This document shows positions 10,925 through 19,071 of a stretch of 64,000 nt of DNA, piece by piece. The stretch comes from an uncultured Clostridia bacterium. GTDB lineage: Bacteria; Bacillota; Clostridia; TANB77; CAG-508. The stretch spans positions 6,441 through 70,440 of the forward strand of contig CANQXD010000004.1 in the NCBI GenBank assembly GCA_947627755.1, in the 5' to 3' direction. The number at the start of each line of letters is the position of its first letter. Position 1 is the first letter of the stretch. Made by a program: the position numbers and the translations under genes. The notes under the pieces are model-generated. The model saw nothing but the letters and a program-made list of their open reading frames with translations. It did no database searches and had not been told where the DNA came from.

Positions 10925-11584
10925 CTATAATAGTTTTGTTCCGTTAATAATTAGTTCAAACCAAATATTTAAATATTTAGCTGCATATTTGCTCATCATG
11001 GTACGATCCATAAAGATTTCAAAATAATCTAATACTGGGCAAATTGTAGTATCAATGCTTAAGTCTAGTGTAGCTATTCTTGTTTCTTTGTCAATGCTAA
11101 AATCTGCATTGGTTACGGCATAATTCACTTTGTCGTGTTTATCAAAAGTGGACATATTGGTATTTACTACCCTATCACGATGAACATCAGATTTATCTGC
11201 TAAAATTAGGGCAGCTGATATATCGCTTACAGCTGTTCCAGTTTGTTCATCGTGGTTTCCAATTGCCATCATAATTTCAGTTCTTTCTTTAACATCCATT
11301 CCCATTTCCTTTAAGATTTGGTAAGCAAGGATTGCTCCTGAGTGTGCATGGTCTACTCTATTTACGCAATTTCCAATGTCATGCATATATCCTGCTATTT
11401 TTGCAAGTTCTATTCTTTCTTTTGGATAATCTAAAGTTTCTAAGATTCTTCCTGCTCTATTAGAAACAATAGAAATATGCCTTGTAGAGTGTTCTGTATA
11501 GCCTAAAGCATTTAATTGCTTTTGCGCTCCTACAATTAACTCTTGAATTTCCTGATTGTTTTTCACTTCTTCTAAAGTTATCAT
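10925..11584 (-). CDS. HD-domain phosphohydrolase
   Basis: STRHIS ... GYMHDIGN ... HAHSGA are the H..HD..H metal ligands. Confidence 0.75.
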   Translation of the reverse strand: MITLEEVKNNQEIQELIVGAQKQLNALGYTEHSTRHISIVSNRAGRILETLDYPKERIELAKIAGYMHDIGNCVNRVDHAHSGAILAYQILKEMGMDVKERTEIMMAIGNHDEQTGTAVSDISAALILADKSDVHRDRVVNTNMSTFDKHDKVNYAVTNADFSIDKETRIATLDLSIDTTICPVLDYFEIFMDRTMMSKYAAKYLNIWFELIINGTKLL

Positions 11585-11682
11585 CTATGTTCCTCCGTTA
11601 ACTCTGCTTTATTTTATCGTAAAAACATAAAAAATTCAACCATTTTTTGTAAATTGGTTGAATTTGTTTTGTTTTTATTTTC

Positions 11683-12174
11683 TTATTCTCTATTTCTTCG
11701 TTTATTATACCTTAATAATTTAAGCAAAAGAAAGGGGTGTCCCAAGCGTTCCATTTTGGAACGAAAAGGGGCGTCCCTCTTGTTCAATTCAAATTTACTC
11801 CTATAATTCCTCCGAAACATTCCCGCTACAATGCTAGCTACCATCATAATAATAGTATTTATATTACAAGTAAATCCAGAGCCTGTTAAACTAGAAAGTA
11901 AGTAAATTGTAAGAATATAAATAATTCCTACAAAACCGCCATTTAATAGTCCATTCTTTTTAATTTTTAACGTGCTAATGCTACTACCAATTAAAATACT
12001 AATTGCTGTAATAACAATTAGAACAGGATTTATTATATTTTCTTGTAAATTGGTATAAGTAAGTAAAATAGCAAAAATAAATAGTAGTAATAGTGTAATA
12101 ATAATAGCTGTAATACTGCCTTTTACAATACGCATTAAATTAGTTGAAAGTTCTTTTTTATCAAAGTTTCCCAT
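11683..12174 (-). CDS. small multi-TM membrane protein (YrzE/TIGR04086-like) whose 3' end reads through a repeat element
   Basis: Four hydrophobic helices. The last roughly 35 codons (KRDAPFRSKMERLGHPFLL...) are the translation of repeat element B1. Confidence 0.5.
   Translation of the reverse strand: MGNFDKKELSTNLMRIVKGSITAIIITLLLLFIFAILLTYTNLQENIINPVLIVITAISILIGSSISTLKIKKNGLLNGGFVGIIYILTIYLLSSLTGSGFTCNINTIIMMVASIVAGMFRRNYRSKFELNKRDAPFRSKMERLGHPFLLLKLLRYNKRRNRE
11727..11786 (-). repeat. GGGAC-core element family B, copy 1
   Basis: AAAGGGGTGTCCCAAGCGTTCCATTTTGGAACGAAAAGGGGCGTCCCTCTTGTTCA. Near-identical copies lie at 12266 and 18920. Confidence 0.85.
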
Positions 12175-12265
12175 TATTTTATCATTCCTTTCAATAGTGC
12201 AACCTTATTCAAATTTGTTTTTAATTTATTATATTAACCTTGTTTTTCTTTTAGAACTTTCATAT

Positions 12266-12326
12266 AAAAAGAAGGGATGTCCCCACCGTTCCATTTTGGA
12301 ACGAAAAGGGGCGTCCCTCATGTTCA
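12266..12326 (-). repeat. GGGAC-core element family B, copy 2
   Basis: AAGAAGGGATGTCCCCACCGTTCCATTTTGGAACGAAAAGGGGCGTCCCTCATGTTCA, immediately 3' of the stop of the 12329-12859 gene. Confidence 0.85.
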
Positions 12327-12328
12327 TT

Positions 12329-12859
12329 TTATCTCCAAATATCTTCGTTAATAAATTGCGTTAATGCCATAATAAAGGCTTGCTTTGTTAAATCGATTCT
12401 CGAAATTCTATCTTGTGTTAGTAGACTGATACCACCTTTTCCTGCTCTTAATTCTGTTTCGTTAAAAATTCTGTCCATTACTTTTCCTAAATCTGTTTCT
12501 ATTATTTCTTTTACATACTTTTCTGGTACTGGGAATCCAGAGCTTGTACCCCAACTTTTAAAGCCATTTTTATCTTCAATCACCGCAATATTAATAATAG
12601 TCCATTCTCCTAATTGGTTCGTAATTCCAGATTCCACTGCTACATAAAAATCTGCTTCTTTTCCTTGCTCCTTTGCTATTTTTCTTACGTTTTTTACTCG
12701 GTTGCTAGCTCCCTCATAAATTTCGTTATTTACTGGTTCTTCCGAAACATCACTACTTGCCTTAATTCCTTCTATTTCAAATTCTTTAAAATATTCTGAA
12801 AAAGCTAGTTTTGCTCCTTCTATTTTCCCTGGGTTACTACTTGCTACAATGATTTTCAT
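12329..12859 (-). CDS. inosine/xanthosine triphosphatase (YjjX/DUF84 family)
   Basis: MKIIVASSNPGKIEGAKLAFSEYF N-terminus is typical of the non-canonical purine NTPase family. The ATG at 12859 is preferred over the longer track ORF. Confidence 0.65.
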   Translation of the reverse strand: MKIIVASSNPGKIEGAKLAFSEYFKEFEIEGIKASSDVSEEPVNNEIYEGASNRVKNVRKIAKEQGKEADFYVAVESGITNQLGEWTIINIAVIEDKNGFKSWGTSSGFPVPEKYVKEIIETDLGKVMDRIFNETELRAGKGGISLLTQDRISRIDLTKQAFIMALTQFINEDIWR

Positions 12860-12950
12860 GTTAAATTTCATTCCTTTCTTATTTTGTTCAAAGTTACACA
12901 TAATAATGAACGATTATTTCTTTCAAACTATATTACCTACTCTATGATTA

Positions 12951-13373
12951 CTATCTTAATAATTTTTCTTTATAATATTCTACTTGCTCTACCATGTGAC
13001 CAATATTGCCTTCTCCTGCATATTTTTCTATATCAAAAAAGTTTTCCTTTTTATTTATCCACTGCAAATGATTCACTTCTTCTTTTAACTCTACTTCTTT
13101 GTTTAGTTTTCCTACATACACTTCTAATTCTATATTGGAAACTTGATATTGAAAATTCATTAAATGTTTTAATTTGACATCTTTTCTGGTAATACCCGTT
13201 TCTTCTTGTAGTTCTCGGTAGGCCCCTTGTAGTTTGGTTTCACCTTCTTCTAATTTACCGCCTACTAAATTATATTTTCCTTTATAGGGTTCTTTAGCTC
13301 TTTTGCACATTAAAATATTTTCTTCGTTTGCGTCATAAATCATAATTACATTTAATTTTTTCATTCTTTTCAC
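12951..13373 (-). CDS. NUDIX hydrolase
   Basis: Nudix box GGKLEEGETKLQGAYRELQEETGI. Confidence 0.85.
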   Translation of the reverse strand: MKRMKKLNVIMIYDANEENILMCKRAKEPYKGKYNLVGGKLEEGETKLQGAYRELQEETGITRKDVKLKHLMNFQYQVSNIELEVYVGKLNKEVELKEEVNHLQWINKKENFFDIEKYAGEGNIGHMVEQVEYYKEKLLR

Positions 13374-13458
13374 CTTTTTTGTTTGATTTTATCATAAGGT
13401 TGTTTTATTTACAATATTTTTTATTTTTTTGTTCATACTAATAGCAGGTGATACCAAT

Positions 13459-14403
13459 ATGAATTCTTTTTATTTATTACAAAATCCAGAAGTGTTTCAA
13501 GGAGAAAAGAAAATAAAATACACCAATTCTTATTTTGAAGGTTGGTATTTTAAGCATACTATTCAAAATAAAAGCATTTCTTTTATTCCGGGTATTCATA
13601 TTGAAGAAGGAAAAAAGTCTGCTTTTATTCAAGTAATTACTAATTTTTCTTCATACTATATTTCTTATCCATTTGATGAGTTTTCTTTTTCTCATGAACC
13701 TTTCTTTATTCGTATTGGAAATAACTTCTTTTCTTTAAATGAAATAAAAATAGATTTGCAAGATACAAATATAAAAATACAAGGTGAGTTATTTTATAGT
13801 AATCACAAAAAAATAAATAAGAGCTTTCTTATGCCGAATATTATGGGACCTTTTTCTTATCTTCCTTTTATGGAATGTAACCACGCTATTTTAAGCATGA
13901 AACATGAGGTAAATGGTTTACTTATGGTAAATGAACAGCCTTATCATTTTAAAAATGGAATTGGCTATATTGAAAAAGATTGGGGAAGTTCTTTTCCTAC
14001 TTCTTATGTTTGGGCACAAGCAAATGACTTTGAAAATCCAGATTGTAGTTTCTTTTTGTCTGTTGCTACTATTCCTATTTCCTGCTTTTCTTTTACTGGC
14101 TTTATTTGCTCACTTATTTTAGAGGGAAAAGAATATCGTTTTTCTACTTATAATGGTAGCAAAATTGCTAATTTTAGGACTTCTTCTCAAAATTTTAACA
14201 TAGTGTTAAAACAGAAAGATTATCGTTTGCATATTTATAGTGATACTAAAAATTCTTTTTCCTTAAAAGCACCACGAGTTGGCAGTATGAATAGAGAAAT
14301 TTTTGAAAGTATTGATGCTAATATTATGATTTGCTTATCTAAGCAAGATGCTATTCTTTTTGAAGGTAAAAGTAAAAATTGTGGACTTGAAATTGTGTTA
14401 TAA
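13459..14403 (+). CDS. tocopherol-cyclase-like family protein
   Basis: FEGWYFKH and GYIEKDWGSSFPTSYVWAQAN resemble the bacterial tocopherol cyclase-like family. The ATG at 13459 has an AGGTG RBS. Confidence 0.5.
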   Translation: MNSFYLLQNPEVFQGEKKIKYTNSYFEGWYFKHTIQNKSISFIPGIHIEEGKKSAFIQVITNFSSYYISYPFDEFSFSHEPFFIRIGNNFFSLNEIKIDLQDTNIKIQGELFYSNHKKINKSFLMPNIMGPFSYLPFMECNHAILSMKHEVNGLLMVNEQPYHFKNGIGYIEKDWGSSFPTSYVWAQANDFENPDCSFFLSVATIPISCFSFTGFICSLILEGKEYRFSTYNGSKIANFRTSSQNFNIVLKQKDYRLHIYSDTKNSFSLKAPRVGSMNREIFESIDANIMICLSKQDAILFEGKSKNCGLEIVL

Positions 14404-14409
14404 AAAGAA

Positions 14410-14439
14410 GAAAAGATTGGGACGTGTCCAAATCTTTCC
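14410..14439. repeat. GGGAC-core hairpin family C, copy 1
   Basis: GAAAAGATTGGGACGTGTCCAAATCTTTCC lies between convergent genes. Related copies are at 20822 and 40570. Confidence 0.7.
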
Positions 14440-14480
14440 TTCTTTTTATCCTTATACGTCATATCTACTATTATTCAGTA

Positions 14481-15929
14481 CTATATGATATAAAGTGCAG
14501 GACGGAAGCCGAAGCGCTCGTAAGTGCAAGTCGCAGTGTTGTAACCACGGTAGCACGCAGGGCTACCGAAGTAGGTAGTGTAGAAGCTACCACCACGAAC
14601 CATGTAACTAATTTCTGATTTGTTCTCAACTTTTTCATTTGTCCACTCCCATAAGTTTCCGGCTACATCATATAGATTCTTTTGTTTTACTCCTTCTGTG
14701 CTTGCTGTGGTTCTTATGCCATAGTGGTATTGTCCGTCTGCTACGATAAAGGCATCGTTACTACCACTATCTCTTTTTACCGCTGAATATCTTCCTTGTC
14801 CTGTTACATATTGTATATGTTCGCTATCTTCTTTGTTATAATTTCCCCAGTAACTTTCTGTTGTTACAATATTGTTATTTCCGTTTGCTATAAATGTTAT
14901 CATAGCATCCCACATTGTTCCTGTTACTAAGCCACTTTGTACATAGGCTGTTTGGTACATTCTATTACATAATTCTAATGCTGTAAAATAATCTGCGTGA
15001 TAATATGGTATTTCTCCTGCCTTACAGGTAATATTGCCTGTTGCTGTATGATTCAATTCTTTTCTTATAGAAAATTCTTCATTTTGCATATTATTTGCTG
15101 TATTTGCTTTTGCAAAATCTACTTTTGTTGATAATTTTATATTACTCGTTCCTGCTTCATATCTTCCTATATAAAATCCACCGTATTTTTTAATTTGTGT
15201 AAGTTCTGAGTCAAGTGGTTGTTGGTCCCATTCTACGTTTGAATATTTTGTTCCATCTTCTTTTGTCCAAGTTACTTTTGTATAATCTTCTATTTTTACT
15301 GGTATCCATACAAATTGGTTTCCTTTTAATTCAGATTGTTCTACATTTACAGTTCCATCATTGTTATATGCTACTCCTGTCGGTATTCCTTCTTTTACTT
15401 CTTTAGTTTGGGTATAGTTTGCATATTTATCTTTATCTTTTGGATCATCTGATATTACTACTCCACTTTCAACTGTTCCACCTACATAGTAAAAGCCTTT
15501 TGGTACTGGAACTTTATCTCCTTCTCCTGTTGCTATCGCTCTTACACTTATTTTTTCTGTTTCATCTGTTGGTATCCACTCATTTGGCAGTTTGACCTGG
15601 GTACCTGCTGGCGTTTCTTTTGTGATTTCTGGTAAATTTTCATTATCTTTAATTTCCATTTCTAATTCTGCTAGTGCTTTTTCCTCTTCTTTTTGTGCCT
15701 CTGAAAATTTTTGTGTTGCTTCTCTTGCTTTGTTAAATAATCCATTTTCTCCTAATATTAAATTTATGCTTATACCTGCTAAAATGATTAAAATAATAAT
15801 GGTTATTACAAGTGAGATTAGGGTTATTCCACTATATTCTTCAACATATTTGCTCAATTTTTCTTGAGAATTTTTGCAAATTCTTTTTATACAATTTATA
15901 TTTGTCTGTTGTTTTTGATGTTTTTTCAT
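14481..15929 (-). CDS. pilin-like N-terminal segment + FGE/SUMF1-like (sulfatase-modifying-factor fold) domain protein, paralog P1
   Basis: SGITLISLVITIIILIILAGISINLILGENGLF resembles a prepilin-type class III signal. GGFYIGRYEAG, LYDVAGNLWEWT, VRGGSF and FGFRPALY match FGE-sulfatase family motifs. Confidence 0.7.
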   Translation of the reverse strand: MKKHQKQQTNINCIKRICKNSQEKLSKYVEEYSGITLISLVITIIILIILAGISINLILGENGLFNKAREATQKFSEAQKEEEKALAELEMEIKDNENLPEITKETPAGTQVKLPNEWIPTDETEKISVRAIATGEGDKVPVPKGFYYVGGTVESGVVISDDPKDKDKYANYTQTKEVKEGIPTGVAYNNDGTVNVEQSELKGNQFVWIPVKIEDYTKVTWTKEDGTKYSNVEWDQQPLDSELTQIKKYGGFYIGRYEAGTSNIKLSTKVDFAKANTANNMQNEEFSIRKELNHTATGNITCKAGEIPYYHADYFTALELCNRMYQTAYVQSGLVTGTMWDAMITFIANGNNNIVTTESYWGNYNKEDSEHIQYVTGQGRYSAVKRDSGSNDAFIVADGQYHYGIRTTASTEGVKQKNLYDVAGNLWEWTNEKVENKSEISYMVRGGSFYTTYFGSPACYRGYNTATCTYERFGFRPALYII

Positions 15930-16025
15930 TTGTTTTCAACTCCTCTTTTTTGTTTTATTATATAAATGTATTTGGGCTAAAGCAATAAAATAGGCAGTTT
16001 TAGTTAATAACTTTTTTACATAATT
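15930..16025 (-). promoter_or_regulatory. conserved promoter/5' leader module of the pilin-like paralogs (copy 1)
   Basis: Minus strand TTGCTT(15985-15980)-17 nt-TATAAT(15962-15957), then a GGAG RBS. The roughly 95-bp block is conserved at 18714-18808 and 20128-20225. Confidence 0.6.
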
Positions 16026-16076
16026 TCATTTTTAATTTACAATTGTTTTTATATTTTTCTATATATCTTAATACTC

Positions 16077-16136
16077 AAAAAAGGGACTGTCCCAAATGGC
16101 AATTGATTGCCAAAAAAGGGCATCCCTTCTGTTTCA
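16077..16136 (-). repeat. GGGAC-core element, family B variant (different inner hairpin)
   Basis: AAAGGGACTGTCCCAAATGGCAATTGATTGCCAAAAAAGGGCATCCCTTCTGTTTCA. Its terminal TCA is the TGA stop of the 16134-16958 gene. Confidence 0.75.
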
Positions 16137-16958
16137 TCTTTTATTTAATTTTGTTAACTCTTTCTTTATTTTTTCTAATTCTTCTTTCTTTATTCCTGTT
16201 ACTTCTTGTATTATTTTATCATCTAATTTTAATCCTAACATTCTTGTTATTGTTATATGAAGCATTTCTATTTTGCCTTCTATTTTGCCTTCTATTTTGC
16301 CTTCTATTTTACCCTCTTTTTTACCTTTTTTTTCACCTTCTATTTTACCTTCTTCTATTGCTTGTAATCTTACTTTTAGTCTTTCTTTTCTTTCATTTTC
16401 ATGTATCCTTTCTGCTAATGTCATTGTTTTTTCCTCCTTTTTGATTTTTACTTTTTTTAATATTGTTTCTAGTTGCTCTTGCTCAATTATTCCTTCTGCT
16501 TTATATCTTATTATGTCTTTTATTTTTTCTAAATTTTTATTTTCACTTGTGTTTAATATTTCTTCTACATTTTTTATAAATTCTACTGTATTCTTGCTTT
16601 TCTCTAATAACATTACTTTTGATAATATGTTATCTTCTTGTAATAGTTCTTCTTTACTATATTTATTGATATCTACTAAACTTATTTCTTCTTTTTCTTC
16701 ATACCATTTTGCTTCTTCTTTTCTCATTAATATTTCTCGAATTATTTTATCATGTTCATTATTTCTGTCGTAAATGTATTCTTCTGGTTCTTCTGCTACC
16801 ATAGATTGTTTTTCTTCTGGCTCTATTAATTCATATAAATCATATAAACATATTTCTTTTTGTTCATTTAAACATTGGTATTTTCCCTTTTTTAACTCTT
16901 CTTTTTTCTGTTGAAATTCTTGATATTTTAGATAATGTTGATATGTGATTTTTAACAA
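16134..16958 (-). CDS. Glu/Lys-rich hypothetical protein with (GKIE)n repeat and an Rpn/YhgA-like C-terminal tail
   Basis: TTG start 5 nt after AGGAGG. EGKIEGKIEGKIEGKIE followed by GLKLDDKIIQEVTGIKKEELEKIKK resembles the tail of Rpn-family proteins. No PD-(D/E)XK nuclease motifs were seen. Confidence 0.5.
   Translation of the reverse strand: MLKITYQHYLKYQEFQQKKEELKKGKYQCLNEQKEICLYDLYELIEPEEKQSMVAEEPEEYIYDRNNEHDKIIREILMRKEEAKWYEEKEEISLVDINKYSKEELLQEDNILSKVMLLEKSKNTVEFIKNVEEILNTSENKNLEKIKDIIRYKAEGIIEQEQLETILKKVKIKKEEKTMTLAERIHENERKERLKVRLQAIEEGKIEGEKKGKKEGKIEGKIEGKIEGKIEMLHITITRMLGLKLDDKIIQEVTGIKKEELEKIKKELTKLNKR
16266..16352. repeat. 12-nt tandem repeat (TTCTATTTTGCC)n inside the coding sequence
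   Basis: About 7 consecutive 12-nt units by direct reading. They encode the GKIE/GKKE repeats. Confidence 0.8.
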
Positions 16959-17231
16959 ATTTTACCTCCTATGTATATTATATTTGTTTTAACTATACTG
17001 TCAATATAAATTTAAAAGTTAAAATAGTTTTTAAAGTAATTTCTTCTTTTTGCCACCCATTTATCTAATTTTTCTTTTTTCTTGATTTTTTTAAGAATCA
17101 ATTTTTTGATATTAATTTTTTGAACCCAATATTTTTTATATTTCTATTAAATCACATAAATAGTAAAAAAGCAAGAACTTTTCATCGCCTTTTTCTGACA
17201 TATTTCTTGCTTTTATTTGTTTTTATAATAA

Positions 17232-18713
17232 TTACTTGATATAAAGTGCAGGGCGATACCCTAAGTCCGTATTAGTTTGAGTTGCAGGTGTTCTAGCACG
17301 GAAACACGCAGGGCTCTGATTATAATAATTTTCAAAGCCACCACCTCTACGCATATAACTTTCTACTATATTATTAGATAAATCATTTGGATAAGATGCT
17401 TCTTGTGTCCACTCCCATAAATTTCCTGCTACATCATATAAGTTTTTTTGTTTTACATTTTCTGTGCTTGCTGTAGATCGTATTCCATAATGGAATTGTC
17501 CATCTGATTTTTGGAATCCTGATAGCATTCTTCCTGCTGTCGTAGAACCTTGATTATCAACTATAGCATATCTTCCTTGTCCTGCTGTATATTTTACATT
17601 TTGGTTTTCTTCTCTATAATTTCCCCAAGTACAGTTTGTTGTTACTGTAGTATCATCTCCAATAGCAATAAATTTCATCATAGCATCCCACATAGTTCCT
17701 GTTACTAGCCCACTTTGCACGTATTTTGAGCTTTCATACATTTTATTACATAAGATTAAAGCTGTAAAATAATCTGCATGGTAATATGGTATTTCCCCTG
17801 CCTTGCAAGTAATATTTCCTGTTGCTGTATTTCCTGATTCATCTCGAATAGAAAAATTAGGATTTTGCCAAGTTTTTGCATCATTTTGATTTGCAAAATC
17901 TACTTTTGTTGATAAACTAATTTCACTTGTTCCTGCTTCATATCTTCCTATATAAAAGCCACCATATTTCTCTATTTGTATTAGTTCTGATGTATGTGGT
18001 TGTGTCTCCCACGTGGCATTACTATATTCTGTATTTTCATCGCCTGTCCAAACTTCTTTCTTATAATCTTCTAATTCTACTGGTATCCATACAAATTGAT
18101 TACCTAATATTACTTTTTGTTTCTCACCATCTGTTAATTGGTCTTCTGTTTTTGGTATTCCTGTTGTTAAGTCATACTCTACTCCTGCTGGTACATCTGT
18201 TGTACCTGCATATTTATTTTGGTCGTTTGGATTATCAGATATTACTACTCCACTTTCTATAGTTCCTCCTACATAGTAAAAACCGATTGGTACTGGTACT
18301 TTTTCACCATTTCCTGTTGCTATTGCTTTTACATTTGATGCTACTACTGACTTCTTTACTATGTCTCCTTTTTCAGTTTCTACATAAGCTGGTGTTGTTG
18401 TGCTCCACTTGCTTGGCAATTTTACTTCTGTCCCTGCTTCTGTATCTTCTGTATTTTCTGGCAAACCTTTACTATATTCTTCTATTTGTTTTTCTAAGTC
18501 TGCTATACTTGTTTCTTCCTCTGCTTGTGCATTTAAAAATTTTGCTTGTGCTTCTCTTGCTTTGTTAAATAATCCATTTTCTCCTAATATTAAATTTATG
18601 CTTATACCTGCTAAAATGATTAAAATAATAATGGTTATTACAAGTGAGATTAGGGTTATTCCACTATATTCTTCAATAAATTCGTTTGTATATTGTTTTT
18701 GCTGTTTTTTCAT
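17232..18713 (-). CDS. pilin-like N-terminal segment + FGE/SUMF1-like domain protein, paralog P2
   Basis: The same N-terminal SGITLISLVITIIILIILAGISINLILGENGLFNKAREA as P1. GGFYIGRYEAG, LYDVAGNLWEWT, RRGGGF, LGYRPALY. Confidence 0.7.
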   Translation of the reverse strand: MKKQQKQYTNEFIEEYSGITLISLVITIIILIILAGISINLILGENGLFNKAREAQAKFLNAQAEEETSIADLEKQIEEYSKGLPENTEDTEAGTEVKLPSKWSTTTPAYVETEKGDIVKKSVVASNVKAIATGNGEKVPVPIGFYYVGGTIESGVVISDNPNDQNKYAGTTDVPAGVEYDLTTGIPKTEDQLTDGEKQKVILGNQFVWIPVELEDYKKEVWTGDENTEYSNATWETQPHTSELIQIEKYGGFYIGRYEAGTSEISLSTKVDFANQNDAKTWQNPNFSIRDESGNTATGNITCKAGEIPYYHADYFTALILCNKMYESSKYVQSGLVTGTMWDAMMKFIAIGDDTTVTTNCTWGNYREENQNVKYTAGQGRYAIVDNQGSTTAGRMLSGFQKSDGQFHYGIRSTASTENVKQKNLYDVAGNLWEWTQEASYPNDLSNNIVESYMRRGGGFENYYNQSPACFRARTPATQTNTDLGYRPALYIK

Positions 18714-18808
18714 TTTTTTTCAACTCCTTATTTTTTGTTTTATTATATCGATGTATTTTTGCTAAAGCAATAAAATGAATGTTTTTAACTTATCACTTTT
18801 TTACATAA
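18714..18808 (-). promoter_or_regulatory. conserved promoter/5' leader module (copy 2)
   Basis: Minus strand TTGCTT(18770-18765)-17 nt-TATAAT(18747-18742) and an AAGGAG RBS. Confidence 0.6.
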
Positions 18809-18919
18809 CTTTAATTTTAAAAATCATTTTAACATTAAATAATCTTTCTTATTAAACTTCTTTATCAATTTTTTTACTAAATAAATTTTATAATATAAAT
18901 GGCAATAAAAATTAAGACA

Positions 18920-18981
18920 AAAAAAGAAGGGATGTCCCCTCTGTTCCATTTTGGAACGAAAAGGGACGTCCCTCTTGTTCA
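18920..18981 (-). repeat. GGGAC-core element family B, copy 3
   Basis: AAGAAGGGATGTCCCCTCTGTTCCATTTTGGAACGAAAAGGGACGTCCCTCTTGTTCA. Confidence 0.85.
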
Positions 18982-19071
18982 TGGTTTTAATTTATAGGAC
19001 TCCAAGTTATATTTGAGAAAATACTAACTGTTGCCGGTGTGTTTTTTTGATAGGTACATGAGAGTTTAACT

